Positions 47,030-55,996 are shown, numbered from the stretch's first letter. The stretch is DNA of 64,000 bases from an uncultured Dehalococcoidia bacterium (GCA_913047625.1 CAJWUJ010000007.1:495-64494), one strand, 5' to 3'. Translations and numbers: made by a program. Notes: generated by a model from the sequence alone, not told the origin.

Positions 47030-47959
47030 TTACTTTGATTGTTCTGCGCGAAGAGCTAAGGGTTTGAGAATTGAGTAGATGATGTCGTTCACTGGGGTTG
47101 GGATTCCTAGAAGTTTTCCTCTACGAATTACTTCACCCGTAAGCCCATCTAGTTCGACGGGTTTACCGTCCGTAAAATCCTTAGCCATTGAGCTTCTACT
47201 GGTAGGATTAAACGTTTGCATGGCGTGGATGCTTTTTTCTATAGAATCTTCTCCGATAGGAATTTGTGCGGCTTTTGCTACGTTTGCAGCCTCATGCATA
47301 GCTGCCAACAAGGTTTTTCTTGTTTCAAGAGTTTGGTACATTTCTCCGTAGTTAGCCCCTGTTGCAGCACACACACCAGCTGTTGCAGCTATGTAAATAA
47401 ACTTTTCCCAGCTACGGGCTGTCATATTTTCTGCAACTTCTACGGTCCATTCCGCTTCTTTGAAGGTTTCGTATAAATTTGTGACCCTTGGTGTTATTCC
47501 TGGATGTCTTTCTCCAAAAACCACCCTGCAAAACTTTCCGATTTGTCTAATGATGCCTGGTTCTTTAATTCTTCCCTCAATATATGCTGATCCTAGAAGA
47601 ACGTGCTCTTCTCCTAAAACTTCACATAGTGTGTCACCGCTTGATACTCCATTTTGAAGGGTTAATACGAGGGTACTGGGTTTGAGGAGCGGTATAAGTA
47701 AGGGGGCAGTAGTTATATTATCGTACATTTTTACGGTAAATAAAATGAGATCTACGGGATCGATGTCTGAAAAACGATCGGTTGCAAAACTGTTGACTGT
47801 GAAGGTGCCCATAGAGTCGCTTTCGACTTGTAGTCCATCTGCTTTAATCGCTTGTAGGTGGGCGCCTCTTGCAACGAATGTTACATCGTGTCCCGCTTTG
47901 GCTAGGAGAGATCCAAAAAAACCACCGACACCACCTGTCCCCACAACACAAATTTTCAT
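47030..47959 (-). CDS. 2-dehydropantoate 2-reductase family (PanE/ApbA-like)
   Basis: MKICVVGTGGVGGFFG N-terminus. 309 aa with the two-domain layout. Confidence 0.8.
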   Translation of the reverse strand: MKICVVGTGGVGGFFGSLLAKAGHDVTFVARGAHLQAIKADGLQVESDSMGTFTVNSFATDRFSDIDPVDLILFTVKMYDNITTAPLLIPLLKPSTLVLTLQNGVSSGDTLCEVLGEEHVLLGSAYIEGRIKEPGIIRQIGKFCRVVFGERHPGITPRVTNLYETFKEAEWTVEVAENMTARSWEKFIYIAATAGVCAATGANYGEMYQTLETRKTLLAAMHEAANVAKAAQIPIGEDSIEKSIHAMQTFNPTSRSSMAKDFTDGKPVELDGLTGEVIRRGKLLGIPTPVNDIIYSILKPLALRAEQSK

Positions 47960-48012
47960 AATTAAACAGACTCCATAGAGATTACCCTAATACGTACTAA
48001 TGCAAGTATGTA

Positions 48013-49326
48013 TCAAAAGCTTAGATCTGCTGTGCAACTGTCGTTGGAGTACCAACGGGGACTTGGATGGCTGTAGGTCATACAACTTACCTTGAGTGAA
48101 TGGCTCATTGGTCCTACAGTTGCTTTTTTATTCTCATACCAAAACTCAATGAACCCACCCTGATATTTTGATGTCATAGGAGCTATGGCTATCACATATT
48201 CTGAATCACTAGGGAGAACAAAGTCACTCCAGTGGTCTACCAGCCCAGCTTTTGATAGTTTTGCGTACAGGATGGATCCCGCCTTAGCAGGGCCACCATT
48301 TAAAGTTATAGTACCTTTAAAGGTCGCTGGAATCGGTGGAATCTCACTTACGCTTCCGCCGCTATCTTCATCAGGTGCTCTATTGAACAAACCTGCTTGA
48401 AGTTCAGGTAGTAATATCTCGAATGTGTTACTTGCTATAGCGTAACCACCCAGTGACGGTGCCAGATCAGCCTTATTACTGAGTGTTTTACTAACTCGTA
48501 TTCCTATTACTTCTCCTGAACTGTTGATGAGTGGTCCTCCTTGGATTCCATCTTGGAATCCAGAGCTCACTTCAAAGAATCGACGACTATACGTGAAGTC
48601 GGATTGTATAGATAAAACTTGCGAAACAGGAGTTACTAAACTCCCTGATACTTTTGGAAAACCGAGACTTGCGACTTGATCCTGTTCTTTCAATTGGTCT
48701 GAGTTGCCTATAGTAACTGGAGTAAGACCTGTGGCCTCAACATATATAACAGCGATTCCCTGGAAGTCGTCCCTACCAACGACCCATCCTTGTTTTGTAG
48801 CCCCGCTTGGTAGGGTTACATTGATCAAAGGAACTGATTCAATTTGATCTGCAGTAGTAAGGATGAATCCGTTATCAGTGATAATCATGCCAGACCATTT
48901 TCTTCCCTGTGCTTCCAGTTGGACCACGGACTTCTTCACTGCTCCTAGAGAGTCGGTTACTTGAGGAGGTGGTACCGGCGTTGGTGTTGGCGTTGCCGTT
49001 GGTGTCGGCGTTGGCGCAGGCGGAGTTGGTACCGGTGTTGGTGTTGGTGTTGGTGTTGGTGTCGGTGTCGGTGTAGGCGTAGGAGTAGGCGTAGGCGTAG
49101 CTGTTGGTGTAGGTGTATAAGTCGGTGTCGGAGTAATTGTTGGCGTGTTGGTCGGAGTTGGGTTTATATCGTCAGAACTGCCACCGCAGGCTACTGTTAG
49201 CAATAGTATTATTCCTAAAATACCAAGGCTAGCTTGTCTTTTCATGCCCAGTAGAGTCTGTTTGTTGTTTGTCATAATATCTGTATTTTGACTGCCAGTC
49301 CTACCGCGTATATTAGCATTCTCCAT
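48013..49326 (-). CDS. Putative lipoprotein with Pro/Thr linker and a degenerate trypsin/HtrA-like domain
   Basis: Signal/lipobox-like [11 protein letters not shown]-rich tract of 64 residues. The domain aligns by eye to HtrA, but TTADQ replaces TNxHV, GIAVI replaces DIAVL and GIQGGPL replaces GNSGGPL. The start is uncertain (49326, 49275 or 49245). Confidence 0.7.
   Translation of the reverse strand: MENANIRGRTGSQNTDIMTNNKQTLLGMKRQASLGILGIILLLTVACGGSSDDINPTPTNTPTITPTPTYTPTPTATPTPTPTPTPTPTPTPTPTPTPVPTPPAPTPTPTATPTPTPVPPPQVTDSLGAVKKSVVQLEAQGRKWSGMIITDNGFILTTADQIESVPLINVTLPSGATKQGWVVGRDDFQGIAVIYVEATGLTPVTIGNSDQLKEQDQVASLGFPKVSGSLVTPVSQVLSIQSDFTYSRRFFEVSSGFQDGIQGGPLINSSGEVIGIRVSKTLSNKADLAPSLGGYAIASNTFEILLPELQAGLFNRAPDEDSGGSVSEIPPIPATFKGTITLNGGPAKAGSILYAKLSKAGLVDHWSDFVLPSDSEYVIAIAPMTSKYQGGFIEFWYENKKATVGPMSHSLKVSCMTYSHPSPRWYSNDSCTADLSF
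48970..49161 (-). repeat. Imperfect tandem hexanucleotide repeat (GGTGTT/GGTGTC/GGCGTA on the plus strand) encoding (Pro-Thr)n
   Basis: Read directly. The plus-strand ORF 48961-49200 (RRWCW...) is its antisense artefact. Confidence 0.9.
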
Positions 49327-49345
49327 AATCGGAATGCACGAGCCA

Positions 49346-49354
49346 TGGTAGAAT
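49346..49354 (+). promoter_or_regulatory. Possible extended -10 promoter element (TGgTAGAAT) upstream of prfA
   Basis: TG at 49346-49347 and TAGAAT at 49349-49354. The -35 is poor. It lies about 85 nt before ATG 49440. Confidence 0.25.
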
Positions 49355-49439
49355 ATACCCTCATATTATATACGATAAAGTCTATAGGTAAGAAGAATCT
49401 CTATAGAAATAGGCGCTACCGTCTAAAGGAAATGAATTA

Positions 49440-50507
49440 ATGTTAGATAAGCTGAGTAATATTCAAGTGCGTTTTGACGAGGTTGAACGTCTTATGGCTT
49501 CCCCTGAAGTTGCCTCTGATTATTCTCAACTTGAAGCACTTGCAAAGGAACGGAAAACTCTTGAAAAAGTTGTTGTTCTTTATAAGAAATATTCTCTTGT
49601 AGAAGAACAAATCAAGGAAGCTAAAGAATTAGAGAATTCTGGAGATTCGGATTTAGCTGGTTTAGCTCATGACGAGTTAAATGTATTGGGAACAACGAAA
49701 ACAGAACTGGAATCCGAAATGCGTAGAGCCCTTCTTCCTGCAGATAAGCATGCGGATAGGAATGTGATTATGGAAATTCGGGCAGGTGCAGGAGGTAATG
49801 AGGCTGCTCTTTTTGCGGGTGACTTGTTTAGAATGTATATGCGCTATGCTCAAGAAAAGTCTTGGAACACGCAAATTATTGATACCAATAGAACTGGATT
49901 GAACGGGTACAAAGAGGTTATTGTAGGAATTAATGCCGTGGGAGCATATAGTAAATTAAAGCATGAAAGTGGGACTCATAGAGTACAGAGAGTTCCTTTG
50001 ACTGAATCATCAGGTAGGATTCATACCAGTACAGCAACAGTAGCAGTGCTACCTGAAGCAGAAGAAGTGGAAGTAGAAATTGACCCTGAAGATATCCGCG
50101 TGGATATCTTCCACTCAGGAGGTGCAGGCGGCCAAAATGTAAACAAGGTGGCCAGTGCTGTTCGGATCACCCATTTGCCCACTGGTATTGTAGCAGTGTG
50201 TCAGGATGAAAGATCTCAACACAGGAATAAAGCAAAGGCACTTTCAGTTGTGAGAGCCAGATTATTGGATATGGAGCAAAGGAAACAGCAACAAGAGTTA
50301 TCATCTTCTAGAAGATCTCAAGTTGGGACAGGGGATCGATCAGAGAAGGTTAGGACTTATAATTTTCCGCAGGATAGAATTACTGATCATCGCCTGAGTG
50401 TCACTTTACATGGGTTACCGCAGTTGTTGGATGGGGATTTAGATCATCTGCTGGACTTATTGGACAAGAACGGACAGGATCAGCAATTGGGGGACTTGCT
50501 ATTCTGA
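49440..50507 (+). CDS. prfA: Peptide chain release factor 1
   Basis: GGAGGQNVNKV (GGQ). RVQRVPLTESSGRIHTSTATVAVLPE (RF1-type PxT region). Confidence 0.93.
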   Translation: MLDKLSNIQVRFDEVERLMASPEVASDYSQLEALAKERKTLEKVVVLYKKYSLVEEQIKEAKELENSGDSDLAGLAHDELNVLGTTKTELESEMRRALLPADKHADRNVIMEIRAGAGGNEAALFAGDLFRMYMRYAQEKSWNTQIIDTNRTGLNGYKEVIVGINAVGAYSKLKHESGTHRVQRVPLTESSGRIHTSTATVAVLPEAEEVEVEIDPEDIRVDIFHSGGAGGQNVNKVASAVRITHLPTGIVAVCQDERSQHRNKAKALSVVRARLLDMEQRKQQQELSSSRRSQVGTGDRSEKVRTYNFPQDRITDHRLSVTLHGLPQLLDGDLDHLLDLLDKNGQDQQLGDLLF

Positions 50508-51370
50508 ATTCAGTTGGGATTGCTTTAACTCACGTGACTACGGTTTTGGGTAATGCAGGAATACCTGATTCACGAATCGAAGGAGATCTTCTATGCATGC
50601 AGGCTATGTGTGCAACACGGGAAGAGCTGTATATCTCGCTGGATCAACCGCTAGAACCTTCTGTCGCTGATTGTCTTGCATTACTTCTTGACCGTCGCTT
50701 ATCTCGGGAACCTGCGGCGTATATTTTGGGGTACAAGGAATTTTATGGTTTCGTTTTAAGTGTATCCCCTGAAGTGCTAATCCCAAGACCTGAGACCGAA
50801 CATGTAGTTGAATCAGTGCTCCAAGTACTAAGTGATAAAACGACATCGTCAAGACCTGTGGTGTTAGATATTGGTACTGGTTCTGGAGCGATAGCAATAG
50901 CGGTCGCTTCGAAGAGCCCGCAGTCCGTAGTGATAGCGTCAGATATTTCTTCTGCTGCTATAAAGATCGCTTATGCAAATAAAAGTAAGTATCCCAAGTT
51001 ACATAACATTGAATTTGTTATTGGCGATTTGCTTACATGGTTTCAAGGACCGGTAGATGTCATAGCAGCCAATTTGCCCTATGTTCCTACGTCCGTAGTT
51101 CAGACATTGGATCCGGAGATTAGATTATATGAGCCATTAGAAGCATTAGATGGAGGCAAAGATGGATTGGATTTTATACGACAAATTGTTGAGCAAGCTG
51201 CTGGATTATTAACTTCAACTGGATCGTTGATACTTGAATTAGATCCTAGTCAGGTTCATCCGCTTTGTATGTTTATTTCTGAAGCGTATAGAGGAGTGAA
51301 GCTTCGGGTTGTCAAGGATTTGCATGGACTCGATCGAGTTTTAGTGGTGACTGGTTTGGCAGTTCATTAG
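50504..51370 (+). CDS. prmC: Release-factor glutamine N5-methyltransferase PrmC/HemK; start probably non-canonical
   Basis: DIGTGSGAIAIA SAM motif and NLPY (a variant of NPPY). The frame is open upstream of the track's GTG 50534. ATT 50501 or CTG 50504 (CTGA overlap with the prfA stop) follows GGGGGA by 6-9 nt. Confidence 0.85.
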   Translation: MNSVGIALTHVTTVLGNAGIPDSRIEGDLLCMQAMCATREELYISLDQPLEPSVADCLALLLDRRLSREPAAYILGYKEFYGFVLSVSPEVLIPRPETEHVVESVLQVLSDKTTSSRPVVLDIGTGSGAIAIAVASKSPQSVVIASDISSAAIKIAYANKSKYPKLHNIEFVIGDLLTWFQGPVDVIAANLPYVPTSVVQTLDPEIRLYEPLEALDGGKDGLDFIRQIVEQAAGLLTSTGSLILELDPSQVHPLCMFISEAYRGVKLRVVKDLHGLDRVLVVTGLAVH

Positions 51371-51437
51371 ACGAAGTTTTTGATAACGGTATAATAGACT
51401 TAGATTATGGGTAGATAGTATAAATGAGGAGTGAGTC

Positions 51438-52400
51438 ATTATAGATTTACGACAGTATTTTGAGTCACTGGCAACGCCTGAAGACCAATCTTTTGGAACT
51501 GTAGTGATTGACATAGCTGATGCCGCTGGTGTTATCCATGGCAAAATTCAGCGATTAGGACTTGGGGATGATATTGGTTCTCTGGAAAAAGTAAATGTTC
51601 AAGGGGAGGAAGTCCAAAAACTTGATGAAGTAGCTACCCAAGTGTTTCTTGATGCACTGATGAAGGGCGGAAAAGTTGCGGTAGTAGGATGTGAAGAACG
51701 AGATGACCCTGTGTTTTTGGGACAAGACCAGGCTCCTTATGTTGTCAATATGGATCCCATTGATGGGTCAAGCAATATCGCAGTTGCTGTAGGTATAGGT
51801 TCCATATTTGGCATTTGGCCAAACGCCGGAAATCTCGAGACGACGGCTGACGTACTCTTGTCTCCAGGAAAATATCAAGTAGCTGCCCTTTATATTGTGT
51901 ATGGATCGAACACGGTTTTGGTGTTAGCGAGTGCGTCTGGCGTGAGAGAATTCAGTTTTGATCCCGATACAGATTCTTTTATCTTGACTAAACCTGATGT
52001 ACAGCTTCCTCAGAAGTGCCAGTATTACAGTATTAATTACGGTAATTGGGAGGGATTCTCCACCTCATTGAAAGATGCTGTTTTGGATTTGCAAACAACC
52101 TATTCACTTCGCTATGTTGGTTCGTTAGTAGCTGATTTTCATAGAAACTTGTTGAAAGGTGGCGTATTTTTGTATCCTGAAGATGTGAATAATCCATCTG
52201 GAAAATTGCGACTCATGTATGAAGCGAATCCCCTGGCATTCATTACTGAAAAAGCGGGTGGATTAAGTTCTTCAGGTAATGAGCCAATTTTAAATATTGC
52301 GCCACGGACATTGCATCAAAGAACTCCTTTGATGCTTGGGCATGCAACTGCAATGACCACGATAATGTCCCGCTTGAAGAATACAGAAACTAACCAGTAG
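51438..52400 (+). CDS. fbp: Fructose-1,6-bisphosphatase class 1; ATT start inferred
   Basis: NVQGEEVQKLD, DPIDGSSN, YVGSLVADFHRNLLKGGVFLYP. The conserved N-terminus extends upstream of GTG 51504 to ATT 51438, 6 nt after GAGGAG. Confidence 0.85.
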   Translation: MIDLRQYFESLATPEDQSFGTVVIDIADAAGVIHGKIQRLGLGDDIGSLEKVNVQGEEVQKLDEVATQVFLDALMKGGKVAVVGCEERDDPVFLGQDQAPYVVNMDPIDGSSNIAVAVGIGSIFGIWPNAGNLETTADVLLSPGKYQVAALYIVYGSNTVLVLASASGVREFSFDPDTDSFILTKPDVQLPQKCQYYSINYGNWEGFSTSLKDAVLDLQTTYSLRYVGSLVADFHRNLLKGGVFLYPEDVNNPSGKLRLMYEANPLAFITEKAGGLSSSGNEPILNIAPRTLHQRTPLMLGHATAMTTIMSRLKNTETNQ

Positions 52401-52424
52401 TTCAAAAGGAAGGACGATAATCGG

Positions 52425-53435
52425 ATGAATTCGGAACAATTAATTGAAACCGCAAAAGCATTGATTGTACATAAAAAAGGTATCTTGGCTGCTGATGAGA
52501 GTGGTAATACTATCAAAAAGAGATTCGATAGTATTGGCATCGCTAGTACGGAAATTACTCGTCGTGATTATCGGCAGATGCTTTTTGAAACAGAAGAGAT
52601 TTATTCCTACATCAGCGGGATTATTTTATTCGACGAAACGATACGCCAAGCAAGCTCTGATGGTGATTCCCTTGTTTCCAAAATAGCAGCCCAAGGAATT
52701 ATTCCAGGCATAAAGGTAGATAAAGGTGCAAAGGCATTAGCGGGATCTCACGGTGAGACAATTACGGAAGGACTGGATGGTTTGCGAGAAAGGCTTGAGG
52801 AGTACTATGAACTTGGAGCTCGCTTCACAAAGTGGCGCGGAGTTCTCTCGATAGGAAATAATTTACCTACGCCTTATTGTGTCGAGACAAATGCTCATGC
52901 TTTGGCAAGATTTGCTGCGTTAAGTCAGGAGGCAAACTTAGTACCTATTGTAGAGCCAGAAGTATTGATGGATGGAGACCATAGTATTGATGCGTGTTAC
53001 GATGCTACTTCCTATGTTCTAAGGGAGGTATACGATCATTTAGCTAGGCAAAATATTCTGCTTGAGGGAACATTGCTGAAACCCAATATGGTTCTTTCTG
53101 GTAAAGATGCAACCAATAGAGTTAATGCTGGTCAGGTTGCAGAATTTACTGTGAAATGCTTACTCGAGACAGTACCTGAACAGGTTCCAGGCATTGTGTT
53201 TTTGTCTGGAGGGCAGTCTGATGAAGAAGCTACAGTGAATCTCAGCGCTATCAATCAAGTTGCTACAGAACAATGTGTTCCTTGGCAACTCAGTTTTTCA
53301 TATGGTCGTGGATTGCAGTCTGCACCTCTAAAGGCTTGGGCTGGATCCTCTGATAATCTCCAAAGCGCCCAGCAGAGTTTTTATCAGCGTTGCAAGGTTA
53401 CGAGTCTGGCAAGACAGGGTTTATATAATACGTAG
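52425..53435 (+). CDS. Class I fructose-bisphosphate aldolase
   Basis: KGILAADESGNTIKKRF. Schiff-base lysine context LLKPNMV. FSYGRGLQ. Confidence 0.9.
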   Translation: MNSEQLIETAKALIVHKKGILAADESGNTIKKRFDSIGIASTEITRRDYRQMLFETEEIYSYISGIILFDETIRQASSDGDSLVSKIAAQGIIPGIKVDKGAKALAGSHGETITEGLDGLRERLEEYYELGARFTKWRGVLSIGNNLPTPYCVETNAHALARFAALSQEANLVPIVEPEVLMDGDHSIDACYDATSYVLREVYDHLARQNILLEGTLLKPNMVLSGKDATNRVNAGQVAEFTVKCLLETVPEQVPGIVFLSGGQSDEEATVNLSAINQVATEQCVPWQLSFSYGRGLQSAPLKAWAGSSDNLQSAQQSFYQRCKVTSLARQGLYNT

Positions 53436-53436
53436 T

Positions 53437-54036
53437 ATGCGGCAAAAACTTCTTATAGCTACCACAAATAATGGGAAAATAGCAGAATTTCGGTTTTTGT
53501 TACGTTCCCTTCCTTTTGAATTGACAACTCCAACTGAAGAAGGAAAAGTACTTCAGGTTGAAGAGACAGGTGTCACCTTTAAGGATAATGCTGTGATTAA
53601 GGCGTCCGCATACGCAGCTGAGTTTGGCATGATGGCCCTAGCTGATGATTCTGGCATTGAAGTTGAAGCATTAGGGGGTAGACCAGGGGTCTATTCAGCA
53701 AGATACGGTGGAGAACATTTGACTGATGAAGGTCGGGTTGAACTTTTGTTACATGAGATGAAAGCAGTACCGTGGGAGAAGAGAGCAGCAGCGTTTAAAG
53801 CAGTAATAGCAGTAGCATGGCCAGATGGTAGAATATTGACTAGAGAAGGTATTATGAACGGAACTGTGAATCTAACTCCAGTGGGTGATAACGGATTTGG
53901 TTATGATCCAATATTTTATTTAGCTGAATACAACGCTACCACTGCGCAGTTAACCAGCAAGCAGAAAAACTTGCTAAGTCATCGTAGCAAAGCAACAGAA
54001 GGAATACTTAAGGCACTCTTGTCAGAATTTGGCTAG
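53437..54036 (+). CDS. rdgB: Non-canonical purine NTP pyrophosphatase RdgB/HAM1
   Basis: IATTNNGKIAEF, DDSGIEVEALGGRPGVYSARY, GFGYDPIF, SHRSKA. Confidence 0.9.
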   Translation: MRQKLLIATTNNGKIAEFRFLLRSLPFELTTPTEEGKVLQVEETGVTFKDNAVIKASAYAAEFGMMALADDSGIEVEALGGRPGVYSARYGGEHLTDEGRVELLLHEMKAVPWEKRAAAFKAVIAVAWPDGRILTREGIMNGTVNLTPVGDNGFGYDPIFYLAEYNATTAQLTSKQKNLLSHRSKATEGILKALLSEFG

Positions 54037-54054
54037 AATGGGTGACCAAGCACC

Positions 54055-55068
54055 ATGATGAAAGATCTATTAGGAAGATCGTTATCGGATTTGAGGGTAT
54101 CTGTAACAGACCGTTGCAATTTTCGGTGTGTCTATTGTATGCCGGAAGAAATCTACGGAGAACGCTATCAATTTCTTCCAAAACCTGAGTTACTGACCTA
54201 TGAGGAGATAGAGCGCTTAGTGCGACTTTTTGTCACCTTAGGGGCAAGAAAAGTGCGTATAACAGGGGGAGAGCCGTTACTAAGGTCTCAGCTGGATATC
54301 TTAGTAGCAAAGTTGGCCGGGATCGATGGTCTTGCAGACTTAACGCTGACAACGAACGGCTATGCACTTAAGAAACAAGCAGTTTCTTTAAAAAACGCAG
54401 GACTTCAACGAGTAACTGTCAGTCTAGACTCGTTAGACGATACAGTTCTTGAGAAAATCAATGGGAGAAAGATTAGCAGCGGAAGAATTTTGGACGGCAT
54501 AAAAGCAGCTAATCAAGCAGGCTTGTATCCTATCAAAGTGAATGTTGTAGTCCAAAAAGGTATCAATGACCATACAATCCTAGATATCATCGAATATTTC
54601 AAAGGCACAGGAAATATTGTACGTTTTATCGAATATATGGACGTTGGAACTAGAAACCAATGGGAGTTAAATCAAGTACTTGATGCTGCTGAAATTGTGC
54701 GTATTATCAATGAACGCTTCCCTATTGAACCTATTGAGAAGGCTTATCTTGGAGAGGTAGCCGACCGCTATGAATTTTTAGATGGGAGTGGAGAAATCGG
54801 AATTATTTCTTCAGTTACTAAACCGTTTTGTTCACAGTGCACAAGAGCAAGGCTTTCTGCTGACGGTAATCTCTTCACCTGTTTATTTAGTGGGAATGGT
54901 ATTGACTTAAAAAGTCCTTTGCGGCAAGGTGCGGATGATAAAGCATTGCTAGATCTCATACATGGCATATGGTCCAAAAGAAGTGATCGATATTCTGAGC
55001 TGCGGTCACGTCTTACAGAAACAGAACGCAGTCAGCCCAAGATTGAGATGTACCAGATAGGCGGCTAG
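54055..55068 (+). CDS. moaA: GTP 3',8-cyclase MoaA (radical SAM)
   Basis: CNFRCVYCMP. C-terminal auxiliary-cluster Cys pattern CSQCTRARLSADG. Confidence 0.92.
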   Translation: MMKDLLGRSLSDLRVSVTDRCNFRCVYCMPEEIYGERYQFLPKPELLTYEEIERLVRLFVTLGARKVRITGGEPLLRSQLDILVAKLAGIDGLADLTLTTNGYALKKQAVSLKNAGLQRVTVSLDSLDDTVLEKINGRKISSGRILDGIKAANQAGLYPIKVNVVVQKGINDHTILDIIEYFKGTGNIVRFIEYMDVGTRNQWELNQVLDAAEIVRIINERFPIEPIEKAYLGEVADRYEFLDGSGEIGIISSVTKPFCSQCTRARLSADGNLFTCLFSGNGIDLKSPLRQGADDKALLDLIHGIWSKRSDRYSELRSRLTETERSQPKIEMYQIGG

Positions 55069-55087
55069 AAGCAAAGGTCGATAGATA

Positions 55088-55996
55088 ATGATTTTTATAT
55101 ATACTGATGGTAGTTGTTTAGGGAATCCTGGATTTGGTGGTTGGGCGGCTATTATGAATAATGGCGGTGTCGAGACCGTGCTGGCTGGAACTGAACGTGA
55201 TACTACTAATAATCGTATGGAAGTATTTGCAGCTATTAAGGCCTTGGAAGCCCTTGATACCCATGAGGAAGTTACCATTGTCAGCGACAGCCGTTATTTG
55301 GTAAATACTATGAGTAAGGGATGGAAGCGTAAAGCTAATCAAGATCTGTGGGCCGATCTGGATATACTTGCTAAGGGCCGCGTTATTCATTGGGAGTGGG
55401 TTCAGGGACACAATGGAGATGTTAATAATGAACGAGTCGATAAAATTGCTAATGATATTGCGAAGCAAGGTCAGATTGTAGGGACTGTGGTTAGTAATGA
55501 TCAGGAGGTTAACGTGTTATCCCATCTTGATGAGGAAGGGAAGGCTAAGATGGTTGATGTGGGAAGTAAGAATGCTACTGAGCGCGTTGCTGTTGCGACC
55601 GGCAAAGTGGTTATGAGTGCCGATACTTATCGTACAATTTCGACAGGTACTACAAAAAAAGGAGATATCGTGGGTGTGGCAAAACTTGCAGGTATCAATG
55701 CTGCGAAACATACCTGGGAATTAATTCCTTTATGCCATAACATACCGCTGAGTCATATTGACGTAGCAGTTGACTATGATGAAATATCTCATTGTTTGCA
55801 TATTACGGCTACTGTTCGCTCAACTGGAAAAACAGGCGTAGAAATGGAGGCTTTGACAGCTGTTACTGTTGCTGGTCTTACCGTTTACGATATGGTAAAA
55901 GCGATTGACCATGGGATTGAACTCACTGATATACACTTGGTGAGCAAGATTGGTGGTAAGAGTGGTAGCTGGAATCGTCCCGATAGTTCCTCATGA
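55088..55996 (+). CDS. Fusion protein: RNase HI (N-terminal ~135 aa) + cyclic pyranopterin monophosphate synthase MoaC (C-terminal ~155 aa)
   Basis: A single uninterrupted 302-codon frame. N-terminus: IYTDGSCLGNPGFGGWAAIM, TTNNRMEVFAAIKALEAL, WEWVQGHNGDVNNERVDKIA. C-terminus: AKMVDVGSKNATERVA, AKHTWELIPLCHNIPL, TGKTGVEMEALTAVTVAGLTVYDM, GGKSG. Confidence 0.88.
   Translation: MIFIYTDGSCLGNPGFGGWAAIMNNGGVETVLAGTERDTTNNRMEVFAAIKALEALDTHEEVTIVSDSRYLVNTMSKGWKRKANQDLWADLDILAKGRVIHWEWVQGHNGDVNNERVDKIANDIAKQGQIVGTVVSNDQEVNVLSHLDEEGKAKMVDVGSKNATERVAVATGKVVMSADTYRTISTGTTKKGDIVGVAKLAGINAAKHTWELIPLCHNIPLSHIDVAVDYDEISHCLHITATVRSTGKTGVEMEALTAVTVAGLTVYDMVKAIDHGIELTDIHLVSKIGGKSGSWNRPDSSS

Noticed and set aside
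48961-49200. Plus-strand ORF encoding RRWCWRCRW... (79 aa).
   Set aside because: It is the antisense reading of the (Pro-Thr)n repeat in the minus-strand lipoprotein gene. It is low-complexity, has no SD, and is fully contained in a better-supported gene.
49440-50507. RF1 tripeptide anticodon motif reads PLT rather than PAT/PVT.
   Set aside because: The middle position of PxT is the variable one. The flanking RVQRVP.TES..GRIHTS is canonical. This gives no basis for claiming altered stop-codon recognition.
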